DNA of 61,037 nucleotides, the filler included. It is 6 parts of 6 records of this genome, joined end to end, with 100 filler letters (N's around TTAATTAATTAA, not from the genome) between each part and the next. Parts side by side here need not be neighbours in the genome. Positions count along the whole stretch, not along the records: positions 1 to 7,456 come from SRR31156797_4027; positions 7,557 to 16,216 come from SRR31156797_4028; 4 more parts are not named here. The stretch is one strand, 5' to 3'. The position numbers were made by a program, and so were the translations under genes. Positions 1 through 9,878 of the stretch are shown here, in pieces. Positions within the stretch are counted from its first letter, which is position 1, and the number at the start of each line of letters is the position of its first letter. The notes under the pieces were generated by a model, which was not told where the DNA came from, made no database searches, and saw only the letters and a program-made list of their open reading frames with translations.

Positions 1-48
1 AGAAACTAGGGAAGAAACTAGGGAAGAAACCAGAAAAAAGACCAGGGA
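1..48 (+). repeat. 12-bp coding tandem repeat (AGAAACTAGGGA x2 plus 2 degenerate units) encoding an EETR linker
   Basis: agaaactaggga-agaaactaggga-agaaaccagaaa-aaagaccaggga; the contig starts inside the repeat. Confidence 0.8.
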
Positions 49-223
49 GATAATAATTGAGATCATATCTCAGAATCCAAAGATAACAACTGATGAATTG
101 GCTGAGTTGACAGGCATAACGGCCAAAGGCGTTGAATGGCACATCAAGAAACTGAAGGATGAAGGTTTATTGAAAAGGATCGGTTCGACAAAAGCAGGGT
201 CATGGGAAGTGGTTGAGGAATGA
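2..223 (+). CDS. 5'-truncated protein ending in a winged-HTH (typical C-terminus of AlbA/RecG-like ATP-binding or Fic-type regulators found in RM loci)
   Basis: Own translation, frame open from contig start: ETREETREETRKKTREIIIEIISQNPKITTDELAELTGITAKGVEWHIKKLKDEGLLKRIGSTKAGSWEVVEE*; TGA at 221-223. Not in the ORF track. Confidence 0.8.
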   Translation, partial: ETREETREETRKKTREIIIEIISQNPKITTDELAELTGITAKGVEWHIKKLKDEGLLKRIGSTKAGSWEVVEE

Positions 224-242
224 TTGTGGTTGGAGTTCTATT

Positions 243-1571
243 ATGAGTTTTGAAACAAGCACATTAGAAGAGATGTGTGAACTAATTGTAGATTGTCCTC
301 ATTCCACACCAAAATGGACGGATAAAGGATTAATTGTACTTCGAAATCAAAATATTAAAGGTGGAATCTTAGACCTAAACAATCCAAGTTACACAAACGA
401 GGAAGATTTCAAAAAAAGAATAAAAAGAGCTGTGCCACAAGCTGGAGATATTGTTTTCACTCGTGAAGCTCCTATGGGAGAAGTTTGCATTATTCCTGAT
501 AACCTTAAATGTTGTCTCGGGCAAAGACAAGTTTTACTGCGACCAAAAAAGGAAGTGAATGGGAATTATTTATTTTGGGCACTTCAATCACCATATGTAA
601 AACATCAAATATCATGGAATGAAGGCACAGGTTCAACTGTAAGCAATGTCAGAATACCAATGCTTAAAAGCTTAAACATTCCTCGCCATAAATCTAAAGA
701 AAGTCAAATTGCAAACATATTATCTTCAATTGCCAATAAAATCACCCTCAACACCGAAATCAACCAAACCCTAGAATCCATAGCACAAGCCATATTCAAA
801 AGCTGGTTTGTGGATTTCGAGCCTGTCAAAGCCAAAATAGCAGCCATTGAAGCAGGCGAAGATGCCGAAAACGTAAATCGAGCCGCCATGCGTACTATTT
901 CCGGCAAAACTGATGATGAGCTACATGAGATGCAGGCTGAACAGGCGGATGAATATGTACAGCTTGAAGACACTGCTAAACTATTTCCGGCGGCTATGTG
1001 GGATTCGGAGTTGGGGGAAGTGCCAGAGGGGTGGGAAGTTAAAACTGTTGGAGAAATAGTTAATAGGTTAAAACCTAAAAAACGATATACTAAGAAACAA
1101 GTCATGCCCTATGGGCGTATTCCTGTGTTAGAACAAGGTGCTGGCATAATTCTTGGTTATCATGATGAAGAAGCAGGTTTCATTGCATCCCCTGATAAAT
1201 CTATTTTTATTTTTGGCGATCATACCTGTGTCACTTATTTATCGTGTCAACCTTTTGATATCTCACAAAATGTAATTCCACTTGAAGGAAAGAATTTGCC
1301 AACCGTATGGGTTTATTATGCTGTAAAAGATTTACAAGCCTTCCAAGAATATAGGCGACATTGGTCTGAATTTTCTATTAAGCAAGTTATAGTTCCTGAC
1401 AAATTATTAAGTGATGCTTTTTCTTCTTTTGCTACATCGTTTTATGAAAACAAAGAAAAAAATATTACTCAATGCGCTGAACTCTCCAACCTTCGTGACA
1501 CTCTCCTCCCAAAACTTCTATCCGGTGAACTATCAGTTGAGGAAATTGAGATTAAGGAGGTTAATGTATGA
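243..1571 (+). CDS. hsdS: Type I restriction-modification specificity subunit S
   Basis: Two TRDs with conserved spacers (KITLNTEINQTLESIAQAIFKSWFVDF; SELGEVPEGWEV; LSNLRDTLLPKLLSGEL). ATG at 243 preferred over TTG at 213. Confidence 0.95.
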   Translation: MSFETSTLEEMCELIVDCPHSTPKWTDKGLIVLRNQNIKGGILDLNNPSYTNEEDFKKRIKRAVPQAGDIVFTREAPMGEVCIIPDNLKCCLGQRQVLLRPKKEVNGNYLFWALQSPYVKHQISWNEGTGSTVSNVRIPMLKSLNIPRHKSKESQIANILSSIANKITLNTEINQTLESIAQAIFKSWFVDFEPVKAKIAAIEAGEDAENVNRAAMRTISGKTDDELHEMQAEQADEYVQLEDTAKLFPAAMWDSELGEVPEGWEVKTVGEIVNRLKPKKRYTKKQVMPYGRIPVLEQGAGIILGYHDEEAGFIASPDKSIFIFGDHTCVTYLSCQPFDISQNVIPLEGKNLPTVWVYYAVKDLQAFQEYRRHWSEFSIKQVIVPDKLLSDAFSSFATSFYENKEKNITQCAELSNLRDTLLPKLLSGELSVEEIEIKEVNV

Positions 1572-2818
1572 CAGTGTCATCAGAATACTGGGAGAAAATA
1601 CCTTTATGGAATAGCGAAGGTAACCGCTTCGAAGTAATGGCAGATGATTACAGTGGCCGTATACCTGTAACGCGTATAGAGAGATGGCAAGATTTCACCG
1701 CCTTTTTAGATGGAGATTTTTTTGACAAGCCAGGTACAAAATTTGTGTACCGGGGCCAACGTCGCTTTGATTGGAGCATGATGCCCACACTGGGTCGTGT
1801 AACATCTTCAGGCATTATCAGTGAGGAGTTGGCCAATGAACAATTAACATCTTTTAGACAAGCGATTCGTGGACGGATTTCTGACCATTCCCTTCTCATA
1901 AATGAAGATCAAGATGATGAATTATGGTCTGTTGGTCAACATCATGGCCTTATGACACCACTGTTAGACTGGACTTATTCTCCCTACGTAGCTCTGTTTT
2001 TTGCATTTTCTAAAGAAGACCAAGACGACGAAAAAGACAATCCTTATAGGGCTATTTATGTGCTGAATAAATCTTTTGTAGAAGATGATGACCTATGCCC
2101 GGATATTCGCATCTTTGAACCAAAAAAAGATGACCATGGACGTTTAGTTAGTCAGGCAGGTTTGTTCACATTTTCACCCTATGATGCTACCATAGAAAAC
2201 AAACTCACCGAAATTTTAGGTTCTGATGATTTTGGTGATGAAGAACTACAGAAAGCCTCCGAAGAAGAGGAAGCAGATATTCTTGCAAAGTATATCTGCA
2301 AAATCTATATCAAAAACGAAGGTCAGCAAGAATGTTTAAAGCATCTGCGACGGATGAATGTTCACCATGCCAGTTTATTTCCAGATTTAATTGGTGCCTC
2401 GGAACACTGCAATATTATTATTTCTGAAAATGAAAGAGAACGCCTGCTGTCTGAGGCAATTAAATCAATTCGGATTGTAAGTGAAGAAACTACAATTTCA
2501 CCAGTAGAAAGCTTAGAGGTAAGTGTGGATGAGGAAGCTATCGATGCTTTAATTGGTTTACTTGAAACTCCAGAAGAAAGTCATGAGGTGGAACCCGGAC
2601 GTATCAAATTAATTGCCGAAAAATTATCGAAAAATATATTTAAATATAAAAAATTGGTAGATTGGGAAAAACGCGATACGATAAAAGCAGAAATTCGCAA
2701 TACTACAAGAGTTTTACTACGAAAATATGGATACCCTATAAACTCAAGGGAGTATATTGTTGAGAACATACTTACCATTGTTCCATATCTAGAAAGTAGT
2801 GAAGAGGAGCAACAATGA
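1568..2818 (+). CDS. FRG-domain protein with C-terminal HsdR-C-terminus-like (DUF3387-like) domain
   Basis: FRG motifs [37 protein letters not shown]. Tail [27 protein letters not shown] resembles the neighbouring HsdR tail. ATGA overlaps with both hsdS and hsdR; RBS AAGGAGG. Confidence 0.9.
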   Translation: MTVSSEYWEKIPLWNSEGNRFEVMADDYSGRIPVTRIERWQDFTAFLDGDFFDKPGTKFVYRGQRRFDWSMMPTLGRVTSSGIISEELANEQLTSFRQAIRGRISDHSLLINEDQDDELWSVGQHHGLMTPLLDWTYSPYVALFFAFSKEDQDDEKDNPYRAIYVLNKSFVEDDDLCPDIRIFEPKKDDHGRLVSQAGLFTFSPYDATIENKLTEILGSDDFGDEELQKASEEEEADILAKYICKIYIKNEGQQECLKHLRRMNVHHASLFPDLIGASEHCNIIISENERERLLSEAIKSIRIVSEETTISPVESLEVSVDEEAIDALIGLLETPEESHEVEPGRIKLIAEKLSKNIFKYKKLVDWEKRDTIKAEIRNTTRVLLRKYGYPINSREYIVENILTIVPYLESSEEEQQ

Positions 2819-5800
2819 ACGAAGATCAACTGGAACAGCTTTGTCTTGACTGGTTCAGGGAGAAGGACTGGACGACCATTTATGGTCCTGATATTGCTCC
2901 TGATTCTGTGAGTCCTGAGAGGCATGATCATCATGAGGTTGTTCTGGGAAGGTATTTGCGGGAGGCGTTGCTGCGTATCAATGACGGGGTGCCGGAGAGT
3001 GCTATTGAGCAGGCTATGGGGATCGTTCTGAAACCGCAGGGGCTGGATCTTACTCTTAACAATCAGGCTTTTCATCGGTATTTACTGGAAGGGGTTCCGG
3101 TTGAATATCGTAAGGATGAAAGGGTCATTCATGACAGGGTTTTTTTAATTGATTTTGATAATTTGAAGAATAATAGGTTTTTAGCGGTCAACCAGTTCAC
3201 AATTATGGGGTCAAAGCAACTGAGACGACCTGACATTGTTTGTTTTATCAATGGTCTGCCTATTTTTGTAATTGAACTTAAGAGTCCGGGTGATGAGAAT
3301 GTGGACATCTGGAACGCATACGAGCAGTTGCAGACCTACAAGGACGAGATAAGTGATCTTTTCGTATTCAACGAAGCACTGGTAATAAGTGACGGATTCA
3401 ATTCACGTATTGGTTCACTGACAGCTAACAAGGAAAGATTCGGACCCTGGCGTACTATTAAGGATGAAAATGATAAACCACTGATGGAATGGCAACTGGA
3501 GACAGTTGTGCGAGGCTTCTTCGATCGGGAATTGTTGCTTGATTATCTTCGATATTTCATACTCTTTGAGAACGACGATGGAAGTCTTATCAAAAAAATA
3601 GCCGGATACCATCAGTTCCATGCGGTCAGGGAAGCAGTAAGAGTGACACTGATAGCTTCACAGCTACCCAACGAGCACATGAGCCATGACGCTCGTGCAA
3701 GCTATGGCAGGGAAGTAGTACCCGGCAGCAAAAAAGCCGGTGTGGTCTGGCATACTCAGGGTTCCGGTAAGAGCATTCTCATGTGCTGTTATGCAGGAAA
3801 ACTATTGCAACAGTCCGAAATGAACAATCCAACAATACTAGTAGTAACCGACCGCAATGACCTGGACGGACAACTCTTCAACACCTTCTCCAACTTACAG
3901 GATCTCTTCAAGCAGACACCAGTACAGGCTAAAAACCGGGAAGAACTGCGTCTCATGCTCTCTGAAAGAGAATCCGGCGGGATAATCTTCACCACCATAC
4001 AGAAATTCGCACCCATAGGAAACGAAACCACACATCCAGTCCTGAATTCCCGTCATAACATCGTGGTTATCTCAGACGAAGCCCACCGCAGCCAATACGG
4101 AAGCAAAGGCCGTCTGGTCGAAGTAAAAGATGATAACGGCAAAGTCATCGGCAGCAAAACAGTATTTGGATACTCCAGATACCTCCGTGATGCCATACCA
4201 AATGCCACATTCATCGGATTTACAGGCACACCCATATCAACAGATGACAGGGACACCTACGAAGTATTTGGCAGGGAGATATCCATCTACGACATACAGG
4301 ATGCAGTAGATGACGGTGCAACAGTCCCGATCTTCTATGAATCACGCCTGGCAAAACTCGACCTGAACAATGAAAGAATTGCAGAGCTATCTGCAAAGGT
4401 CGAAGAAATAGTCGAAGATGAAGAAGAGATATCCAGTCGTGAAAAGACAAAAAGTGAATGGAGCCGTCTGGAAAAACTCGTAGGCTCAAAACCACGTATT
4501 CAAGAGGTAGCCAGAGATCTTGTTCAGCACTTTGAGAAGCGCAACGAATCAATGGAAGGCAAAGCAATGATCGTTGCCATGAGCCGCAGGATATGTGTCG
4601 AGCTTTACGACCAAATCACAGCACTGCGTCCTGAGTGGCACGACCCCGATCCAAAGAAAGGTGCCATAAAGGTTGTAATGACCGGCTCAGCATCCGATAA
4701 AAAAGATCTCCAGCCACACATCTATAACAAGAAGACGAAAAAAGAGATTGAAAATCGCTTTAAGGACAGCAAAGACCCGCTCAAACTGGTTATTGTACGT
4801 GACATGTGGCTCACTGGTTTTGATGTACCTTGCTGCAACACCATGTACATTGACAAACCCATGAGAGACCATAATCTGATACAAGCCACTGCAAGGGTCA
4901 ATCGCGTATTTGGTAACAAACCCGGTGGGCTGGTTGTAGATTATATCGGAATTGCAAACGAACTAAAACAGGCACTCAACAACTATACCGAAGCAAAAGG
5001 CAGAGGTGAACCTACCAGGAATTCCGAAGAAGCCTACTCCATATTACTCGAAAAAATGGACATCGTCCGTGGCATGTTCCATGGCTTTGATTATACTGGC
5101 TTTGAAACCCATGCCTATAAACTAATTGTACCCGCAGCAAATCATATCCTGGCACTTGATGATGGCAAAAAGCGTTATCTGGATACAGTGCTTGCCATCA
5201 ACAAAGCATATTCACTATGCAGCACCCTTGACGAAGTAGAACCATTACATTCTGAGATCGCATTTTTCTCAGCCATTAAAGCAGCAATTTCAAAATTCAC
5301 TTCTGTTGATAAAAAACGGACACAGGAAGAAAAGAACTCTCTGCTTAAACAGATACTTGATAATTCCGTCATTTCCGAAGGTGTTGTTGATGTATTCGAA
5401 CTGGCAGGTCTGGAAAAACCAGATATTAGCTTCCTCTCAGATGAATTTCTGGAAGATTTCCGGCACATGAAATATCGTAACCTTGCAGTAGAGTTATTGG
5501 AAAAGCTGCTAAAAGACCAGATTAGATCAAGGTCTTTCAATAATGTTGTTCAGGAAAAGAAATACAGTGATCGTTTGCAGGAAACACTACGAAAATACAA
5601 TAATCGTGCCATTGAAACAGCCCAGGTCATCGAAGAGCTTATTCAAATGGCAAAAGACTATCGTGAAGCCCTGAAACATGATAAGGAACTGGGCCTGAAC
5701 CCTGACGAAATTGCATTTTACGATGCCTTGGCCGATAATGAAAGTGCTGTGCGTGAGTTAGGTGATGAGACTCTTAAAATGATAGCTAAGGAAATTACCG

Positions 5801-5979
5801 TAAAACTACGCAAATCCACAACAGTGGATTGGCAGGTACGTGACAGTGTGAGAGCTAAATTACGTATTCTTGTTCGTCGTACATTACAGAAATACAAATA
5901 TCCACCGGATATGGCACCTGAAGCCATTGAACTGGTATTGAAACAAGCTGAAGTTCTATCAAATTCGTGGACAAATTAA
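2815..5979 (+). CDS. hsdR: Type I restriction endonuclease subunit R
   Basis: Nuclease motif RRPDIV...IELKS, Walker [31 protein letters not shown]-terminal [14 protein letters not shown]...KYKYPP. Confidence 0.97.
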   Translation: MNEDQLEQLCLDWFREKDWTTIYGPDIAPDSVSPERHDHHEVVLGRYLREALLRINDGVPESAIEQAMGIVLKPQGLDLTLNNQAFHRYLLEGVPVEYRKDERVIHDRVFLIDFDNLKNNRFLAVNQFTIMGSKQLRRPDIVCFINGLPIFVIELKSPGDENVDIWNAYEQLQTYKDEISDLFVFNEALVISDGFNSRIGSLTANKERFGPWRTIKDENDKPLMEWQLETVVRGFFDRELLLDYLRYFILFENDDGSLIKKIAGYHQFHAVREAVRVTLIASQLPNEHMSHDARASYGREVVPGSKKAGVVWHTQGSGKSILMCCYAGKLLQQSEMNNPTILVVTDRNDLDGQLFNTFSNLQDLFKQTPVQAKNREELRLMLSERESGGIIFTTIQKFAPIGNETTHPVLNSRHNIVVISDEAHRSQYGSKGRLVEVKDDNGKVIGSKTVFGYSRYLRDAIPNATFIGFTGTPISTDDRDTYEVFGREISIYDIQDAVDDGATVPIFYESRLAKLDLNNERIAELSAKVEEIVEDEEEISSREKTKSEWSRLEKLVGSKPRIQEVARDLVQHFEKRNESMEGKAMIVAMSRRICVELYDQITALRPEWHDPDPKKGAIKVVMTGSASDKKDLQPHIYNKKTKKEIENRFKDSKDPLKLVIVRDMWLTGFDVPCCNTMYIDKPMRDHNLIQATARVNRVFGNKPGGLVVDYIGIANELKQALNNYTEAKGRGEPTRNSEEAYSILLEKMDIVRGMFHGFDYTGFETHAYKLIVPAANHILALDDGKKRYLDTVLAINKAYSLCSTLDEVEPLHSEIAFFSAIKAAISKFTSVDKKRTQEEKNSLLKQILDNSVISEGVVDVFELAGLEKPDISFLSDEFLEDFRHMKYRNLAVELLEKLLKDQIRSRSFNNVVQEKKYSDRLQETLRKYNNRAIETAQVIEELIQMAKDYREALKHDKELGLNPDEIAFYDALADNESAVRELGDETLKMIAKEITVKLRKSTTVDWQVRDSVRAKLRILVRRTLQKYKYPPDMAPEAIELVLKQAEVLSNSWTN

Positions 5980-6033
5980 GACATAATAGAGATGGTACAA
6001 TGAAGATTAATTGTCATTTCTAATTGTCTTTTT
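5978..6033 (+). terminator. Imperfect hairpin plus T-run after hsdR
   Basis: aagacataatagagatggtacaat ... attgtcatttctaattgtctt followed by ttt, between convergent genes. Confidence 0.35.
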
Positions 6034-6114
6034 GCTTCAGCCATAGCTAATATCAATTCAGAGCCTGAGCTTATCACAACAGCAGGCAAGGTATGTTACA
6101 GTTTGTTCTGCAAA

Positions 6115-6717
6115 TCATCTTCTCCTATACACACTCACCACAACCAGCGCAAACACAGCACACAGCGCCGTAAATGCCGGCGTTGTCGGTGAGCTGCCGT
6201 CGTCGAAGTCACTGGCGGGCGCTGCCGTTGTTTCTGATCCTTCGTAGTACTCTTCGGAGATGGTGACGTAGGCGGCGGTGAATTCGCCGGTAGTAATAGC
6301 TTTTGCCCTTTCTATGTCAGTCATTTGGTAGAAGAAATTAATAGGTGCACTGCCTCCTGCCCACTCTTCATTTGGAGCCACAGTCCATTCATAAACTTTT
6401 GTTTCGTTTATTTCTACTACTTCGTTGGTGGCTATTCCTAATTTTGATGTGGGCCCTTCTATTATGTCAAAATCATTGTTTCCAATCGACCATAGCATTA
6501 CTGACAAATCATTTCTTTTATAGCAAGTTACTTCAAATCGAAGAGTGAATGGTTCACCAATTTTTAATAGTGGTTTTGGGGTTGAAGCACTTGGATACAA
6601 TTCACCATTGTAGTACACATCAACTTTCAGATTGGAACTTTCAGATGAGACTGGCATTGGAACTAATATTAGCAGAAATATAGTACAAATACATATAATG
6701 TTTAATTTGTGATTCAT
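6115..6717 (-). CDS. MAST-domain (sarcinarray-type) surface protein with archaeosortase-like sorting tail
   Basis: Signal peptide; DVYYNG..P...PKP.LKIGEPF, WTVAPNEEWAGGSAPINF; low-complexity linker then TPAF + TM helix + RRR (PGF-CTERM-like). Confidence 0.8.
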   Translation of the reverse strand: MNHKLNIICICTIFLLILVPMPVSSESSNLKVDVYYNGELYPSASTPKPLLKIGEPFTLRFEVTCYKRNDLSVMLWSIGNNDFDIIEGPTSKLGIATNEVVEINETKVYEWTVAPNEEWAGGSAPINFFYQMTDIERAKAITTGEFTAAYVTISEEYYEGSETTAAPASDFDDGSSPTTPAFTALCAVFALVVVSVYRRR

Positions 6718-6726
6718 TTCATTACC

Positions 6727-7455
6727 TCAAAATTGTGATTCAAAATCATCATAGTAAAGGGACTTTTCATCTCTATCTCCTATTTTATCACCTACGCCTT
6801 TCGGACCGGGGCCTACAATAGTTGCAGCATATCCTGAGAAACTAAAAAGTATTGGTTGATTATATCCTAAATAAACAATTCCATTATCTTCATTTTTTCC
6901 AATAGGACTAATTATTCTTTCATTTTTACGAATGTAAACTTGTGCATCATGCCCAAAATAAGGATTGAACATACATTCATTATCATTATCCAGAACTTCA
7001 AATTCCTTGTAAACACCCTTTACTTCATACTCCCACACATTCACAGTACAAACCCACTGCGGAACCATAATCGGCAGCCCGCAAGGAACAAGTTTCATAG
7101 ACTTCTGCAACCTCTTTTCTATCTTATCGGCGAATTGTCCGGTCAACTTGTCTGCTGATTCGTCCAGCTTGTTCTGTAATTCTGAATTAATGTTTGCGAA
7201 GCACTCATCAACGACTGCCTGACAACCCTGCACAGCAAGGCAGATTCCTTCTGTAACGCCTATTTGCATATCAGACTCAAGGCGGTATAGTGCAACATCA
7301 AGGTCGCTGGATGAAATTGTCGGATTGTCGGCTATGATCTTTTCACTCAGGAGGACAAAAATTTCTTCCTGCAGGGTGTTGTCTGCTGTCATGTCCGTGA
7401 GTTCAGTATCAGAGAGAGTTTCCAGATAGGTAACAGTTATCTGGTTTACATCTTC
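6727..7455 (-). CDS. C-terminal part of a large uncharacterised Methanosarcinales-type protein (5'-truncated)
   Basis: Frame stays open beyond 7392 to the contig end (EDVNQITVTYLETLSDTELTDMTAD...); motifs VPCGLPI..PQWVCTVNVWEYEVKG and TIVGPGPKGVGD. Confidence 0.7.
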   Translation of the reverse strand, partial: EDVNQITVTYLETLSDTELTDMTADNTLQEEIFVLLSEKIIADNPTISSSDLDVALYRLESDMQIGVTEGICLAVQGCQAVVDECFANINSELQNKLDESADKLTGQFADKIEKRLQKSMKLVPCGLPIMVPQWVCTVNVWEYEVKGVYKEFEVLDNDNECMFNPYFGHDAQVYIRKNERIISPIGKNEDNGIVYLGYNQPILFSFSGYAATIVGPGPKGVGDKIGDRDEKSLYYDDFESQF

Positions 7456-7456
7456 A

Positions 7457-7556
7457 NNNNNNNNNNNNNNNNNNNNNNNNNNNNNNNNNNNNNNNNNNNN
7501 TTAATTAATTAANNNNNNNNNNNNNNNNNNNNNNNNNNNNNNNNNNNNNNNNNNNN
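7457..7556. other. Artificial contig spacer
   Basis: N-run with central TTAATTAATTAA (stops in all six frames). Confidence 0.99.
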
Positions 7557-7625
7557 TCGACACCTTCTACCTGCAGGGTGCATGCTGCGTAGGTTGGGCT
7601 ATCGCTGCGAAATCCATCAATATTA

Positions 7626-8687
7626 CTATCCAAACAACCTCTGGAATATTTCCATCCGGCCCATATCGCCTTCAACGCGCCATTTATTTTCCATAAAGGC
7701 CTGTTGTCCATCCAGCTTCCTGGTGATCACATCCATCCAGACGTCAAATGGGGCTATAATGGTCATATCCGGATTTTCCGCCTTGGCGACGTCGGCTTCC
7801 AATTTACCGTTCCTGATTGCTATCGAACACGACCCTTGCACGCTTCCGGAAAAATCAAACTGGACGACCACATTATCATTAACCGCTTTTTCCGGGTTGA
7901 ATCCCATTTGCATTAAAACCAAAAACGATTCCATGGATGGCGGCCTGGGCAAATAGCCCTTTTCATAAAATTGAGTAGGCGTTAAACCTTCCTCATTACA
8001 GATTTTCCACATACTGTTGGCTATTTCAAACAATGGCTCCGGATTCTCCACGGGTTGCCTTATCCGGGCCATGGTCTCGCCGTTTATCTTGAGCCCGGTC
8101 GCGAGTTCAAAGCCGGCTTGCCGTGTAGCGTCGAGAACGTCATCCAACTTGTCTTTGAACATTGGATTGACGAGCAGTTCCGCCCCGGGCCTGTATATTT
8201 CCGCGGCCAGTCCCTTTCCATAAAGAAATTTTATATAGGAAGACATCTGGTCAAAAACCCACTCGTCTGGAAACCCGGCGACAGATAGAATGGACATGAA
8301 AGGATGACGGCCCCGAAGCGGATGGTAGCTTTGACCGTTTTTCTGCCTGATGAAAGGCTCGATCGCCGGCAGGGTCCTTTCGATAAAAGTTTTTAAAGCC
8401 GCGTTGACCGTAAAATGATACAAAGGCGTGGCCAGCACAGCCAGGTCGGCTTCCAGAAAACGGGGAAATATCTCATTGGACATGTCGTCATTGTGGATGC
8501 AACGTCCCGGGGTCTTGCTCCAGCATGTATAACAGCCGATGCAATACTTTATTTTCTTTTCTTTCAGGTTAACAATTTCAACCTCGGCGTCAGCCTGCTT
8601 CATGCCTTCAATCAATTTATTCAGCATGAGTTCGGTTTTGCTCAGCCCTCCGACGCGTGCGCTCGAATTGACAGCGATTACTTTCAT
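7626..8687 (-). CDS. Iron-sulfur flavoprotein / NADPH-dependent FMN reductase fused to a C-terminal SCP2 sterol-binding domain
   Basis: MKVIAVNSSAR, CIGCYTCW...C, LATPLYHF; C-terminal VVQFDFSG...PDMTI...GQQAFMENKWRVEGD. ATG 8687 with GGAGG RBS. Confidence 0.85.
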   Translation of the reverse strand: MKVIAVNSSARVGGLSKTELMLNKLIEGMKQADAEVEIVNLKEKKIKYCIGCYTCWSKTPGRCIHNDDMSNEIFPRFLEADLAVLATPLYHFTVNAALKTFIERTLPAIEPFIRQKNGQSYHPLRGRHPFMSILSVAGFPDEWVFDQMSSYIKFLYGKGLAAEIYRPGAELLVNPMFKDKLDDVLDATRQAGFELATGLKINGETMARIRQPVENPEPLFEIANSMWKICNEEGLTPTQFYEKGYLPRPPSMESFLVLMQMGFNPEKAVNDNVVVQFDFSGSVQGSCSIAIRNGKLEADVAKAENPDMTIIAPFDVWMDVITRKLDGQQAFMENKWRVEGDMGRMEIFQRLFG

Positions 8688-8708
8688 GGCGCCTGCCTCC
8701 AAATTTTT

Positions 8709-8735
8709 AGCGGCGGGTTTCAATGCCCCGCCGCT
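8709..8735. other. Intergenic GC-rich hairpin
   Basis: agcggcggg-N9-cccgccgct perfect 9-bp stem; no U-tract on the coding (-) strand, so more likely a stabilising stem than a terminator. Confidence 0.45.
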
Positions 8736-8741
8736 TAATCC

Positions 8742-9737
8742 TCAGTCCTTGATTATATTGGAATATGCTTTCTCAAGGCATTCCTCGGCTTCATCCACCA
8801 TGCCTTTCAGCAGGTCGGCGCAGGTCGGCACGTCGTGAATGAGTCCTATGGACTGGCCGACGTACATGGGCGCGCCTTCCACGTCGCCGCTCGCCCAGGC
8901 GTTCCGGCCCCTTTCTCCCGCTATCAGCGGTATCAACTCATCCAAACCGCCGCCCTGTGCTTCAACTTCCAATATCTTCATGACGGTTTCATTTTTTAAC
9001 GCCCGGCCCTGCATGCCGATGGACTTGGTTATCATGGTCGTGTCCTGCTCCTGGCGCCTGACCAGTTCCTGCTTGAAATTGTCATGTATTTCGCATTCCT
9101 GGGTGGCCATAAAACGGCTGGCCATCATAACTCCGTCGGCGCCCAGCATCAGGGACGCGGCCAGGTTCTTGCCCCTGGCTATTCCGCCCACGGTTACAAC
9201 GGGAATAGGCACGGATTCCACAATCCTCGGCGTCAGCACCATGGTGGATACATCATCGTCAAGAGGGTGGCCGCCTTCTTCAAAACCCGCGGCGTAAATT
9301 CCGTCGTACCCGACCTTGGCCGCATGTTTGGCGTGGCGAACCGAACCGACCTTGTGGAAAAGCTTCACATTCGCCTTTTTCAGCATTTCAATGGCTTCCA
9401 TGCCGGCCACCTTGTCCACCGGCGCCCCGGAAACTTCTATTCCGGCCACCTGCTCCTCGGCGCATACCCGGAAATACATCTTGTGGTGCTCGCCCGTTAT
9501 CCGCAGGCTCGGCAAGGCCGTGACATTGACCATAAAAGGCTTGTCCGTCATTTTGCGAGTGTCCTGGACGGCTTTTCTGAACTCCTCTTCCGTTTCAAAA
9601 TTGGCCGCGGTCAGGTTGCCCATGCCTCCGGCATTGGAAATGGCCGCGCATAGATTCGGTTTGCAGATCCACATCATGGCGCCGCAAATTATGGGATACT
9701 TTATTCCAAACATTTCGGTAATGGCTGTTTTTATCAA
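8742..9737 (-). CDS. Nitronate monooxygenase / FabK-like FMN oxidoreductase
   Basis: KYPIICGAM, AAISNAGGMG, GFEEGGH, VTVGGIARG, LGADGVMMASRF, GQSIGLIHDV. Confidence 0.9.
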   Translation of the reverse strand: MIKTAITEMFGIKYPIICGAMMWICKPNLCAAISNAGGMGNLTAANFETEEEFRKAVQDTRKMTDKPFMVNVTALPSLRITGEHHKMYFRVCAEEQVAGIEVSGAPVDKVAGMEAIEMLKKANVKLFHKVGSVRHAKHAAKVGYDGIYAAGFEEGGHPLDDDVSTMVLTPRIVESVPIPVVTVGGIARGKNLAASLMLGADGVMMASRFMATQECEIHDNFKQELVRRQEQDTTMITKSIGMQGRALKNETVMKILEVEAQGGGLDELIPLIAGERGRNAWASGDVEGAPMYVGQSIGLIHDVPTCADLLKGMVDEAEECLEKAYSNIIKD

Positions 9738-9878
9738 TTTATTCCTCCTTCTTTATTCCTGGTTCTTCTGTTTAAGACAACAGGACTGCTTCAATCATGT
9801 CAGCTGCATTCCAGTATTACTATGGCAAAGACGCGGTTATCATTTTCAGTCGCCCTTATATTATTGTTTGTCGGTCCG

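Noticed and set aside
7457-7556. Recurring TTAATTAATTAA in N-runs (five times) as a biological repeat
   Set aside because: Identical 100-nt six-frame-stop linkers used to concatenate contigs; ORFs running into them (7505-7711, 26246-26491) are artefacts.
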